The notes: generated by a model not told the origin, from the letters alone. A stretch of DNA of 63,412 nt, filler included, from Nemertoderma westbladi (GCA_032718475.1; 3 parts of 3 records of this genome joined end to end with filler, not necessarily neighbours in it); one strand, 5' to 3'; shown: positions 10,603 through 24,160, counted from the first letter of the whole stretch. Program-made: numbers and translations.

Positions 10603-13600
10603 TGTAGGAGAATGTATGTATGGATTCTATGTAGGAGAATGTATGTATGGATTCTATGTAGGAGAATGTATGTATGGATTCTGTGTAGGAGAATGTATGT
10701 ATGGATTCTATGTAGGAGAATGTATGTATGGATTCTATGTAGGAGAATGTATGTATGGATTCTATGTAGGAGAATGTACTGTATGTATGGATTCTATGTA
10801 GGAGAATGTATGTATGGATTCTATGTAGGAGAATGTATGTATGGATTCTATGTAGGAGAATGTATGTATGGATTCTATGTAGGAGAATGTATGTATGGAT
10901 TCTATGTAGGAGAATGTATGTATGGATTCTATGTAGGAGAATGTACTGTATGTATGGATTCTATGTAGGAGAATGTATGTATGGATTCTATGTAGGAGAA
11001 TGTATGTATGGATTCTATGTAGGAGAATGTATGTATGGATTCTATGTAGGAGAATGTATGTATGGATTCTATGTAGGAGAATGTATGTATGGATTCTATG
11101 TAGGAGAATGTATGTATGGATTGTATGTAGGAGAATGTACTGTATGTATGGATTCTATGTAGGAGAATGTATGTATGGATTCTATGTAGGAGAATGTATG
11201 TATGGATTGTATGTAGGAGAATGTATGTATGGATTCTATGTAGGAGAATGTATGTATGGATTCTATGTAGGAGAATGTATGTATGGATTCTATGTAGGAG
11301 AATGTATGTATGGATTCTATGTAGGAGAATGTATGTATGGATTCTATGTAGGAGAATGTATGTATGGATTCTATGTAGGAGAATGTATGTATGGATTCTA
11401 TGTAGGAGAATGTATGTATGGATTGTATGTAGGAGAATGTACTGTATGTATGGATTCTATGTAGGAGAATGTATGTATGGATTCTATGTAGGAGAATGTA
11501 TGTATGGATTGTATGTAGGAGAATGTATGTATGGATTCTATGTAGGAGAATGTATGTATGGATTCTATGTAGGAGAATGTATGTATGGATTCTATGTAGG
11601 AGAATGTATGTATGGATTCTATGTAGGAGAATGTATGTATGGATTCTATGTAGGAGAATGTATGTATGGATTCTATGTAGGAGAATGTATGTATGGATTT
11701 TATGTAGGAGAATGTATGTATGGATTGTATGTAGGAGAATGTAGTGTATGTATGGATTCTATGTAGGAGAATGTATGTATGGATTCTATGTAGGAGAATG
11801 TATGTATGGATTGTATGTAGGAGAATGTATGTATGGATTCTATGTAGGAGAATGTATGTATGGATTCTATGTAGGAGAATGTATGTATGGATTCTATGTA
11901 GGAGAATGTATGTATGGATTCTATGTAGGAGAATGTATGTATGGATTCTATGTAGGAGAATGTACTGTATGTATGGATTCTATGTAGGAGAATGTATGTA
12001 TGGATTCTATGTAGGAGAATGTATGTATGGATTGTATGTAGGAGAATGTATGTATGGATTCTATGTAGGAGAATGTATGTATGGATTCTATGTAGGAGAA
12101 TGTATGTATGGATTCTATGTAGGAGAATGTATGTATGGATTCTATGTAGGAGAATGTATGTATGGATTGTATGTAGGAGAATGTATGTATGGATTCTATG
12201 TAGGAGAATGTATGTATGGATTCTATGTAGGAGAATGTATGTATGGATTGTATGTAGGAGAATGTATGTATGGATTCTATGTAGGAGAATGTATGTATGG
12301 ATTCTATGTAGGAGAATGTATGTATGGATTGTATGTAGGAGAATGTATGTATGGATTCTATGTAGGAGAATGTATGTATGGATTCTATGTAGGAGAATGT
12401 ATGTATGGATTCTATGTAGGAGAATGTATGTATGGATTCTATGTAGGAGAATGTATGTATGGATTCTATGTAGGAGAATGTATGTATGGATTCTATGTAG
12501 GAGAATGTACTGTATGTATGGATTCTATGTAGGAGAATGTATGTATGGATTCTATGTAGGAGAATGTATGTATGGATTGTATGTAGGAGAATGTATGTAT
12601 GGATTCTATGTAGGAGAATGTATGTATGGATTCTATGTAGGAGAATGTATGTATGGATTCTATGTAGGAGAATGTATGTATGGATTCTATGTAGGAGAAT
12701 GTATGTATGGATTCTATGTAGGAGAATGTATGTATGGATTGTATGTAGGAGAATGTATGTATGGATTCTATGTAGGAGAATGTATGTATGGATTGTATGT
12801 AGGAGAATGTATGTATGGATTCTATGTAGGAGAATGTATGTATGGATTCTATGTAGGAGAATGTATGTATGGATTCTATGTAGGAGAATGTATGTATGGA
12901 TTCTATGTAGGAGAATGTATGTATGGATTCTATGTAGGAGAATGTACTGTATGTATGGATTCTATGTAGGAGAATGTATGTATGGATTCTATGTAGGAGA
13001 ATGTATGTATGGATTGTATGTAGGAGAATGTATGTATGGATTCTATGTAGGAGAATGTATGTATGGATTCTATGTAGGAGAATGTATGTATGGATTCTAT
13101 GTAGGAGAATGTATGTATGGATTGTATGTAGGAGAATGTATGTATGGATTCTATGTAGGAGAATGTATGTATGGATTCTATGTAGGAGAATGTATGTATG
13201 GATTCTATGTAGGAGAATGTATGTATGGATTCTATGCAGGAGAATGTATGTATGGATTCTATGTAGGAGAATGTATGTATGGATTCTATGTAGGAGAATG
13301 TATGTATGGATTCTATGTAGGAGAATGTATGTATGGATTGTATGTAGGAGAATATATGTATGGATTCTATGTAGGAGAATGTATGTATGGATTCTATGTA
13401 GGAGAATGTATGTATGGATTCTATGTAGGAGAATGTATGTATGGATTCTATGTAGGAGAATGTATGTATGGATTGTATGTAGGAGAATGTATGTATGGAT
13501 TCTATGTAGGAGAATGTATGTATGGATTCTATGTAGGAGAATGTATGTATGGATTCTATGTAGGAGAATGTATGTATGGATTCTATGTAGGAGAATGTAT

Positions 13601-14085
13601 GTATGGATTCTATGTAGGAGAATGTATGTATGGATTCTATGTAGGAGAATGTATGTATGGATTCTATGTAGGAGAATGTATGTATGGATTCTATGTAGGA
13701 GAATGTATGTATGGATTCTATGTAGGAGAATGTATGTATGGATTCTATGTAGGAGAATGTATGTATGGATTCTATGTAGGAGAATGTATGTATGGATTCT
13801 ATGTAGGAGAATGTACTGTATGTATGGATTCTATGTAGGAGAATGTACTGTATGTATGGATTCTATGTAGGAGAATGTATGTATGGATTCTATGTAGGAG
13901 AATGTATGTATGGATTCTATGTAGGAGAATGTATGTATGGATTCTATGTAGGAGAATGTATGTATGGATTCTATGTAGGAGAATGTACTGTATGTATGGA
14001 TTGTATGTAGGAGAATGTACTGTATGTATGGATTGTATGTAGGAGAATGTACTGTATGTATGGATTGTATGTAGGAGAATGTATG
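10603..14085. repeat. 27-bp satellite array of ~3.5 kb
   Basis: Unit TAGGAGAATGTATGTATGGATTCTATG, with ATTGTATG variants and +CTGTA 32-bp variants. Confidence 0.98.
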
Positions 14086-14121
14086 ATTAATATGATGATA
14101 ATATAATAATAAAGATTAATA

Positions 14122-14935
14122 TGACTTACCTGTTTGTGGCGTATAAAGTATCACTTTACCTGTTTCTGGCGTATAATGTATCACTTTACCTGTTTCTGGC
14201 GTATAAAGTATCACTTTACCTGTTTCTGGCGTATAAAGTATCACTTTACCTGTTTCCGGTGGATAAAGTATCACTTTACCTGTGTGTGGCGTATAAAGTA
14301 TCACTTTACCTGTTTCCGGCGGATAAAGTATCACTTTACCTGTTTCCGGCGGATAAAGTATCACTTTACCTGTTTCCGGCGTATAAAGTATCACTTTACC
14401 TGTGCGTGGCGTATAAAGTATCACTTTACCTGTGTGTGGCGTATAAAGTATCACTTTACCTGTGTGTGGCGTATAAAGTATCACTTTACCTGTGCGTGGC
14501 GTATAAAGTATCACTTTACCTGTGTGTGGCGTATAAAGTATCACTTTACCTGTGTGTGGCGTATAAAGTATCACTTTACCTGTGTGTGGCGTATAAAGTA
14601 TCACTTTACCTGTTTCTGGCGTATAAAGTATCACTTTACCTGTTTCCGGCGGATAAAGTATCACTTTACCTGTGTGTGGCGTATAAAGTATCACTTTACC
14701 TGTTTCCGGCGTATAAAGTATCACTTTACCTGTTTCCGGCGGATAAAGTATCACTTTACCTGTGTGTGGCATATAAAGTATCACTTTACCTGTTTCCGGC
14801 GTATAAAGTATCACTTTACCTGTGTGTGGCGTATAAAGTATCACTTTACCTGTGTGTGGCGTATAAAGTATCACTTTACCTGTGTGTTGCGTATAAAGTA
14901 TCACTACCTGTTTCTGGCATGTAAAGTATCACTAT
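14122..14935. repeat. 30-bp minisatellite, about 27 copies
   Basis: Unit TCACTTTACCTGTGTGTGGCGTATAAAGTA with variants TGTTTCTGGC and TGTTTCCGGCGG. Confidence 0.98.
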
Positions 14936-16311
14936 CTGTGGAATTTTTGTGGTTTCTGTCGGTTGTCTGCAGTCGGTTCTCTGTTGTCTGCTGTTGGTTA
15001 TCTGTTGTGGGTTGTCTTTTGACGATTGTCTGGTGTTGGTTGTTTGCACTCAGTTGTCTAACTGTCGGTTGTCCTCTGTTGGTTGTTTGTTGTCGGTTGT
15101 TGGTTATCTGCTGTCGGATGTCGGAGTACAGTTTACACCCTTTAAAAAAGAACGTTTTTATATGTTTATTTTTCAGCTAGGTCTATCCTGCCAATCTTCC
15201 AAACTCACTTATTAACTGTACAATAATATTAATTATACTGTAAGAACTCAATATGATACATTAACTCACTCTCAATATGACGCTACCATAATGGAACGCC
15301 GTTAATAATAATTACAAACGGTTTTCGTTTACCATGTTATAATACTCCCTATTCCCAGTTTCTCTCGGTGACTTTTGTATTTGTTTTGTCTCTTTCGATG
15401 CGGTTTTATTGATATCATTTATGATTCGCTGCATTAAAGACCAGCTGTCAATCATCATGTGGTTGTCTAGTTAAGCAGCTACTCAGTCGGTTGACAAAAT
15501 ATCAATTATGTGAAACTATTAAAGTGCCATACGATTGTGTTATTGTCTATTTGGTCTACCGACATGCGAAACTGAAAAGTGACATACTGATGGAGATTCG
15601 CAGTAATATACCGTAGCTTACCTGCTAATATGTACAGACAGTCTCTATTACCTTCCTGCATTTAATAAAGTGAATTACTTCTTTATTTTTAACATTTTAG
15701 TTTTATTCTTTCAATCAAAATTAATTAATATTAAATTATTAATTAATAATAAACCAATAAAAATAATATTAAATTAATAATAAATAAGTTGAAATTAATA
15801 AATTCAGTAATAGTTCGAAATTAATACATTCAAGAATGGCTCAAAATAAGTTTTGCGCCCTGAAACTAAAACTACCCTGGCTCCCATGCAGGGATCGAAC
15901 CAGAGACTACCAAATATATTTGCATCCCAAATAAAATTAAAATATTAATTAATCTTACAGTTTAGAACAACGGTTGGCGTCAAATACCACTCGAATATAA
16001 CAAAGTGAAAGGCAACAATAAATATTTATTTAATGAAATCAAAAATATATTTATTCATCACTATTAATAATAATTATATAACAATTATAATAAAAATAAA
16101 CAACATTATTCGATTCTTCATTAAGTTAACAAAAAAAATAAAGTATATTACATGGAAAATCCAGTTGATCCATAAAACCCCCTCCGCAAATTTTAGCGGG
16201 AAATAAAGATCAATTTGTTTTCCATGTAATAGAGTTAAACCTATTGACTTCATTTAATTAGAAATAATTGTTACACTAGTAATTCCAGATTCAATTATCT
16301 TTTACTTAACA

Positions 16312-16848
16312 ATGGGCTTCTTATCTAAATTATTTAGAAAAAAGAAGAAAGACAAATTAGCTCCTCTACCGGAGGCTATTAAAAAACTCAAAGAAGCTGA
16401 AGAAATATTGAATAAACAACAAGTAAATATTGAAAAGAAGATTAGTAAAGAATGGCAAAGAGCGAAAACCCTAGTCAAAAATAAAAATCAGAGAGCTGCT
16501 TTAGGGGCGTTAAAGCATAAGAGACAATTGCAGAAGAGATTTCAACAATTACATGGCCAGTTACATGCCGTAGTTATTCAAAGGGAAGCTTTGGAGGATG
16601 TGGAAACTAACAACGACGTCCTCAAAGCCATTGATATGGCCGCTGCCCTTGGCGATATTCACATTGACAAAGTGGACCAATTAATGGACGATGTTATTGA
16701 GCAAAAAATTAAATGTGATGAGATTTCTAAAGCGATCAGTGAACCAGTGAGATTCGATCGGTATTACTACAATGAGGACGATCTGTTAGCTGATCTGGAA
16801 GATTTAGAACTGGAAGAAATGAACGTAAAGGAAGTGGTGGGGGTTTAG
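16312..16848 (+). CDS. CHMP4: ESCRT-III Snf7/CHMP4-like protein; intronless and C-terminally truncated
   Basis: MGFLSKLF, EAI.KLKE.EE.L.K, KN.RAAL.ALK.KR, QREALE, IDKVD.LMDD..EQ, EIS.AIS.P and EDDLLADLEDLE.EE. Lacks the acidic tail and LxxW ALIX-binding helix. Confidence 0.85.
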   Translation: MGFLSKLFRKKKKDKLAPLPEAIKKLKEAEEILNKQQVNIEKKISKEWQRAKTLVKNKNQRAALGALKHKRQLQKRFQQLHGQLHAVVIQREALEDVETNNDVLKAIDMAAALGDIHIDKVDQLMDDVIEQKIKCDEISKAISEPVRFDRYYYNEDDLLADLEDLELEEMNVKEVVGV

Positions 16849-17525
16849 TTGTGGTGAAAAAGTTCCGTCGGTTGGCTCAATCACCTGGCCATATTACAGT
16901 ACAAATGATCTATATAACCAATCACAATCCAGCTTTATAGCCGGTTGTCAATGAACTGATTTTCTATTGGTCCCCCTATAAGCATAAGCAGCACTTAATG
17001 TACTGTAATTATACTGAAGGTCTGTTGCTGCTCTTACTTATTTGAATCACAACATATTTTGGTATTTTTTACTGTCTGAATCCAATTTCTAAATATAATT
17101 ATTCCGAATTAACTAAAGTTTACAAATCGCCTAATTGGTTTTATTAGGCCCAACTCTATAAAACTTATAGCATGACTTTAGAGCAAAACACAAGGAATGA
17201 CATATCGGTATCATTTGCAATTATAAAATATTAAATAATTATTTAGCAGGCCAACTAACAATTAAAGGAATGTATGGAGAATGTAAAGGACTGCATATCC
17301 CGTGAGTTTTGAGCTTCGAGTAACCCGTTTAAACTATAGCAGCGAACATCGAACACAATTAATACTTCGGGTTTTTTTAAGGAAATTGTAATTATGATTT
17401 ATATAATAAACTGTAAGCCAATATAACTGAAAGTGAAATCGATCCTGTCATATCACCTCATATCATAAGGGATACATTTTTCAGGAAACTACTTTTTAGT
17501 TCCTAATTTTGTTTTAGCGCAAAAG

Positions 17526-17716
17526 TTAATCACTTGGAGTTAATTAGGTAATTAAATGCGCTAACATTAATCACTTGGAGTTAATTAGGTAATTAAATGC
17601 GCTAACATTAATCACTTGGAGTTAATTAGGTAATTAAATGCGCTAACATTAATCACTTGGAGTTAATTAGGTAATTAAATGCGCTAACATTAATCACTTG
17701 GAGTTAATTAGGTAAT
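17526..17716. repeat. 41-bp tandem repeat, about 4.7 copies
   Basis: Unit TTAATCACTTGGAGTTAATTAGGTAATTAAATGCGCTAACA. Confidence 0.95.
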
Positions 17717-18660
17717 TTGTAGGACTATGAATTGAAATGGGTTCCACGTGTTAGTTTCACTTATTGATTATTTTTTAAAGTTTTTATAACTTTTTTATAA
17801 CTTAGGCGCTTATGATGATATAAACATTCGATAGATGCAATTTCTCAAAACGGCTTCTATATTATATATCTTTTGTTTTGGGAGTAGCCCATCGAGTGCC
17901 GTATTGATTGAGTCTGACGTATTGATTGACGTACAATCATATTATGAGTATTACCTTAAATGATATCATATTATGGACACACTTTCTCAAGCACGGTAAA
18001 GACACAGCCATCTGTCCACGGCACCACTTCCTCTGCTACAAATCGTCAATGGTGACTTCATCAATAAACTGAACTTTAAAGCGCAATGATATATTAATTA
18101 TGTGACATGATCGCAACTTGTTTTGATATGGTTTCAATTAAAGTGAAAGTAAATTGAAAATTGTACTGGTTCAAATTTAAAATCAATGGTAAAAATTATA
18201 AGTGTGCAGGTACAGTAGCAGCGTAGGTGTATACTGTTCAATTCAATGTTTCATAATAGTGAGAATAGTGATTGATTACATTGGTTATATTGACTTCGGC
18301 CCTTATAAAAAAATACCCAATGTAATGGATACTATAGAATTCTCTGATTTAGTCCGTTATGAAATTGGAAATATCTCATCAACCACGCATTCTGGTGCAT
18401 TGGGTCTCTGACAAAATGTGCTGACAAACTAGATACGATATCCAATGGATCAATAATCCCATTTTCGTAAAAAAAAGTGACTTAGGCACTTATGATATGA
18501 CAGCATCGATATATTATCACCCATTACATTATCACCGAATTACATTATCACCGAGATTCATGGGGAAATTTTTGTATAGTTAGTGTTAAAAATAATGTTA
18601 TATTGCTGCTGCCGGTATGGCTGGCCCTGCGATTGTTTACTGCACAAATGTATCATCGGG

Positions 18661-19227
18661 TTAACTGATACCTCGCCGTTTAAATATCTCATCCAACAAA
18701 GCCTCTAGTTTACTATTAGATCCGCGCAGCCCAGCGACAACTTTATTGGCCCAAATAAAGTATTCGTGTATCCTCTCCTCCGGCCAACCCACCGGGGTCC
18801 CAGATTCCGAACTCAAATCCCGCAGATTATACAGTTTATCTGCTAGTTTTACTAGTTTTCCACGCAGAGATTTATTCGGCGCCGTTTCTATCTGCAACCG
18901 TTTTCTCTCAGACTTAGGAATATCTTTATTGTCCGTAACTTCCCTCACAACACTCTCAACCTCCGACCCAAACTGCTCAGCTATCTCCTCCAACGTTGTG
19001 TCTGTATCTTCTACAGTGTCGTGAAGCAGTGCGGCTTGTACGACTACAAGATCAGTAACTCCGCCTTCGTTTACTAATATATTAGCTACGCCGATCGGGT
19101 GGTTGATGTAGGGAGTTTGTTCGGCGTTCTTGCGTCGTTGACGGCTGTGTTTCTTTGCCGCAAAATCGAGGCATCTTATGAGAACTGGTAAATCTAGTTG
19201 AGAGAGGTTGGAACTCATTATCTGCAT
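18661..19227 (-). CDS. HDDC3: HD-domain (p)ppGpp hydrolase / NADPH phosphatase MESH1; intronless CDS
   Basis: DFAAKKH..QRRK....[27 protein letters not shown]...[32 protein letters not shown] and GLRG.N..LE. The start may be the second Met at 19218. Confidence 0.95.
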   Translation of the reverse strand: MQIMSSNLSQLDLPVLIRCLDFAAKKHSRQRRKNAEQTPYINHPIGVANILVNEGGVTDLVVVQAALLHDTVEDTDTTLEEIAEQFGSEVESVVREVTDNKDIPKSERKRLQIETAPNKSLRGKLVKLADKLYNLRDLSSESGTPVGWPEERIHEYFIWANKVVAGLRGSNSKLEALLDEIFKRRGIS

Positions 19228-19832
19228 ATACGATTTATAGTTGTAGAATTACATTCGATCCTAAAAAGACACGATTCTAAATACGGGAATATGCAGTTTG
19301 GGGTACCGATACTGCCATTGGATTTTTATACTGTATGAAACTCGCAGGTTACAGTAGTGGCGGCCTCAATCCTAATTAAAACTGTCATGTAACCCTAACC
19401 CTAAGTCATAATCTGTACTATAACTACTAATCTGTAACTAAAAATATTTAACTACTGTAGTACCGGTAGCACAACGGTACGATAATATATTATTAGGATA
19501 ATAACACACACAGGTTCATAGCTATGTGTAGGTTGCATAACCTATCTGTTTGGTACGTACTAAACGGTAGAATGATCTATAACGGGCTATAACGATCTAT
19601 AACGGGCTATAACTTTCTATAAACAAGCTATAACTGTATCACCACCTATAACGAGCTATAATTGTCAGTAACGATTGTGTGATTCATTGTCAGTAACGAT
19701 TCGCAGATTTCGTCTAAATTCACATAGCACTAGCATATGCACTGTCTGTACGTCTGTCTGTATTTGAACACTGTAATATTTATTTATATATATATATCTG
19801 TATATGGTAAATGGTATCAGACAAAAGCAATA

Positions 19833-20948
19833 ATGGCAACGAATTCTTCTACGAAGAAACTGAAAGCAGGCGGAGGAAGAAACAGTCTTCCAGGATCAGG
19901 GAAGATTGACTTATCGAAGTTATTTAATTGCGATGGTTGCTCTGCTCTATTTACCGAAAAATCCGCATTCACTAGCCACACTGCCACATGTGGTACCGGT
20001 AGTGACACCAGCAGCCAGCACATTGATGAAGATCCCATTAAGAATATCTGCCCACATTGCAGCAAAGTTGTGTCAGGTAAAAACTGCTTGGGTTGCGACA
20101 TATGTCATTCCTGGGTGCATAGCGCCTGTCTCGGATTATCAAACTCTGATGTAAATGTACTAGGCAAATGTAAAAATTGCAAAATTGTATGCAATGTCTG
20201 TGAATCGCGTGGAAGCCTAACAATTGTAAAAGAGAATGAAACTGCGGTACAACCTACCGGTTTATCTGCAAGTGATTTTATCAAATTCACCAATAAAATG
20301 GAAGAAAGTATTGCAGCGCAATTTGGTCTCCTTAATGAAGAGATCGATAGCCTCCGCAATGATTCTAACCCAGCTGACAACTTCCAGAAAGTTGTTTCTG
20401 GAAAACGAAATCGTAAGCTAAATCAAATTGATTCCAAATATCCAAAATCGACTTCCGGTACGATCCCAATTGAAGATGTTGACAGAGAGGTTTCTGAGCA
20501 AAGAAAACGAGAACGAAATATTGTTGTCTTTGGTTTAGCGCCTCCTAGTAACGCTGTGAATGATGTTACCTTCTTGGATGATTTTCTTTATAAGGAATTC
20601 AAACAAGAGAATGCTGTCGAATCAGTCTGCTATCGTCGTCAAGCTAGTGATACCAAACAACCGATGTTTATAATCCGCCTGTCATCAATTGCATGTAGGT
20701 CTTCCATATTAAAGAATAAACGGAAACTACGCGACTCAAACTCCACACACGGTATATATATCTCCCCAGATCTGACCAAACTGCAGGCAACACAAGCATA
20801 TGTTAAACGACAAGAAGCCCGTAATGCCCGGTCTGCAATAAGTAACCCCAGTCTTCTGCAAAATGGTACACCAATAATTGAAGCTTCCATTAACTTGCCT
20901 TGCCCTCACAATCCTGAAAACACGTGCACTCAGCCACTGCATCTCTAA
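19833..20948 (+). CDS. CR1 LINE ORF1 (C2HC finger, PHD finger, coiled coil, RRM-like region)
   Basis: CPHC...CDIC..W.H..C...C.VC PHD finger; R..NIVVFGL; IYISPDLT. Lies directly upstream of EN/RT. Confidence 0.85.
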   Translation: MATNSSTKKLKAGGGRNSLPGSGKIDLSKLFNCDGCSALFTEKSAFTSHTATCGTGSDTSSQHIDEDPIKNICPHCSKVVSGKNCLGCDICHSWVHSACLGLSNSDVNVLGKCKNCKIVCNVCESRGSLTIVKENETAVQPTGLSASDFIKFTNKMEESIAAQFGLLNEEIDSLRNDSNPADNFQKVVSGKRNRKLNQIDSKYPKSTSGTIPIEDVDREVSEQRKRERNIVVFGLAPPSNAVNDVTFLDDFLYKEFKQENAVESVCYRRQASDTKQPMFIIRLSSIACRSSILKNKRKLRDSNSTHGIYISPDLTKLQATQAYVKRQEARNARSAISNPSLLQNGTPIIEASINLPCPHNPENTCTQPLHL

Positions 20949-23900
20949 ATTATATTAAGGCTAGGCCTACACATTCCCAATATAATGTTACTGCTGATGA
21001 TGATGATGTAACTAACAATAAGACTGTAACCCCAACCCTTATTTGCATGAATTGCCGATCAATCCGGAACAAACTTTCAGCTCTGCAATTCCTACTAACC
21101 ATTCATATGGGAAACCCGCTCATAATCTGTCTTACGGAAACACATCTTATTAATGATGAATCAGACGATATATTCTCATGCCCTGAACTGAAAGACTTTA
21201 GTATATTTAGACGAGACCGCCCGGGGACAACTAGCTCCAATCGTGGTGGTGGTGTTGCAATGTTAATATCGCAAGTACTTCAACCAATCAAGGTAGATTC
21301 TCCTTCAGTAGGTGAGTCTTTATGGGTCGATTTATATGCATATAAAACGCCAATGCGGTTGGGCACAGTATACATTCCTGATGTAACTGCTGATAACATT
21401 AACTGTATAACCTCTGACTTTGAACTGTTCTGTCCGATAGAACTTACGCGACCTGTTATCATAACTGGAGACTTTAATCTCCGCCATATCGACTGGTCCA
21501 TCCCAGCCCCATCTAATCAATGCCCATACCCAACTGTGGCCCAGCGATTTATTGATTCGATCTCTGACAGGTACCTAACACAACTGGTTCTAGAACCTAC
21601 TCACACAGAGGGTGGTATCTCTTAGATCTTGTTTTCGCGACTGATCCGATGCTGATAGGTGATACAGCTGTTGGCAACCGCTTTGGTATTGGGGATAAAC
21701 TCAGTGACCATTTTGTTATAACTTGTTCGGGGCTTCCCCCTATAAATAATGGAAACCTCCCCTCCAACCGGACTAGAGATTGGTCCAGAGCCAATTGGAA
21801 TGAGATATGTGGTACTGCTTCGATGATTGATTGGTCTGACGTTGTCAACCCAAATTTGTCACCTCAAACAAACATTGAATCATTTGAGTTTATTCTACAC
21901 TCTATTGTTTCGGACTGTGTACCCCTATCCACACCCAACTCACGAAAGGAAATCCCTGCGATAAAGAAGCTGCTACGCTCTATTTCCCGTATTAGACAAA
22001 AACTGAAACTCTCTTCCCAACCATGGCGCATTAAAGATCTCCAAGATAAGTTATTGGTACTGAACAACAAATTGGAAGCAACATATCTTCAATCCCGAGC
22101 TGATAACGAAAACAGAATTTTGAGACACAAAAATTCTAAGAAATTCTGGAGATACACCAAATCGAACCTCCATCGGAATAGTAATGTTTCCTCTTTGAAG
22201 GATCCTGATGGTGTTACAGTTACAGGCGACAATGAACGCGCCAACTTATTAAACACGACCTTTCAGGCGGCCTTCACACAGGACAATGGATTAAATCCGC
22301 CACAGCCCACCAAGCACCCTCCAGCTCAGAATCTATCAAACATACAGTTTGACAAAGTTGAAGTGTATAAAATTCTCAGTAAGCTCAAAGTTAACAAAGC
22401 TGCTGGCCCTGACAGAATTACGGCTGTACTGCTCAAGAGTATTTCTGTTTGGGTTGCTGAACCAATCAGCTGCCTCTTTCAACAATGTTTCGATTCTGGT
22501 TTTGTCCCTGCATCCTGGCGGTTGGCCCACATAATTCCAATCTTCAAGAATAAAGGCCCACGCACTGATCCGTCAAACTATCGACCTATTTCTCTAACAA
22601 GTCTACTGGTGAAAACAATGGAAACAATAATACGAAACCGTATGATTGCATACTTAGTCAGTATAAAGGTCATCAGTCCCCACCAACACGGTTTCCTCAA
22701 ATCAAAATCAACTTTTACTCAACTACTTGAATGCAGCCTCGATTGGGCTACATTTCGTAACTCGAGTGTTGGTGTGGACATAATCTACACAGACTTCCAA
22801 CGTGCATTCGATAAAGTTTCACACACAAAGCTTATATCAAAACTTCAATCATATGGTATACATGGCCAGCTGTTGGTCTGGCTCTCTGCCTTCCTCGCTG
22901 ATCGCTGGCAACAAACAGTAATCAATGGGTCTCTATCCTCCCCCGTTCGTGTTACCAGTGGTGTTCCACAAGGGAGCGTTATTGCACCATTATTATTTAT
23001 TGTCTATATAAATGACATCGTTGAGTCAATATCTACCAACACCTTTATCAAGATGTATGCAGATGACACTAAATTGTATCGTCCAATATATTCCCCAACA
23101 GACTCATTAGCACTTCAACAAGATATAGACTCCTTGGTTTCATGGTCCTCACAGTGGCAAATGAATTTTAACATTAAAAAATGCAGTGTTGTTCAACTAC
23201 AAGCCCCACAGGTACATACAATACGGAGCTACTATATGGGTGATACAGAACTAGCCAATTCGAAAGGAGCCAGAGACCTTGGAATAATTATTTCCCCTGA
23301 CCTTCGTTTCAGTGAACATGTTGCTCAAATTACAGCCAAAGCAAGAAACACCTGCTGTCAGATCCATAGAGCGTTCGGTCACCGTGATGCCACATTCCAA
23401 TGGGGGTTATACTGTACTTACGCCAGACCTATAATTGAACACAATAGTTTGATATGGTGCCCTAGTCTCGTTAAAGATATAGACATTCTAGAATGTTCTC
23501 AGCGATCTTTCATCCGTTACCTTCCTGGTATGTTTGGTCTCAGCTATGTCGACAGATTAGCAAGGTTCGATGCTAAGCCCCTGGAATATCGCAGAATATT
23601 CAATGACTTAGTCGAAATGTTCAAACTAATAAACGGTCTGAGTCCCCTCAGTGCTAATAATATTTTTCGGCTTGTTACGCGATCAACCAGAGGAAATGGG
23701 TGTAAGATATTCCTTCCACGATCAACAAATTGTATATTTCAAAATCATTTCGTAGTTCGGCGTATATCCGTCTGGAACAGTCTCCCATCCAATGTAGTTC
23801 TATGCACAACTGTGTCATCATTTAAATCCCGCCTCGATAATGTGGATCTTCTACCTTACTGCAAGGGCTCTTGGAAGAACACGATGGACACTGTTTATAT

Positions 23901-24160
23901 CCCCACACCCCGTAATTAACAGTTCAATATCCTATAATAATTTATTGTTAAAGTTATATTTTAAAATTATGTTTTTATCAATATCAATATAATATTTTTA
24001 CTATAATTATACTGTATATTTATTTTACTTTAATTACTCTGTGGTGCCTCATGCACGGCTGAGTGCACTTTATTGCCCTATGTACCGGTAATATTTCTTG
24101 TATGTGAAAATTTTAACTGATGTGTCATTAAATCAAATCAATTCAAATCAATTCAATTCA
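20924..24160 (+). mobile_element. CR1-clade LINE ORF2 (AP endonuclease + reverse transcriptase) and 3' UTR, with one frameshift at ~21620
   Basis: EN motifs NCRSI, LTET, GGGVA, GDFN, LDL and SDH. RT motifs KAAGPD, NYRPISL, QHGF, GVPQGS and YADD. (AATCA/ATTCA)n tail at 24129-24160. Confidence 0.95.

Noticed and set aside
10597-15180. Long ORFs of MYVWILCRR, MYGFYVGEC or KVILYTPHTG repeats; possible CRISPR-like array
   Set aside because: These are translations of 27- and 30-bp satellites whose unit lengths are multiples of 3. There are no unique spacers and no cas genes, and the context is eukaryotic.
18661-19227. Bacterial SpoT-like gene acquired by horizontal transfer or contamination
   Set aside because: The sequence matches the stand-alone metazoan MESH1/HDDC3 pattern and sits among animal genes and transposons.
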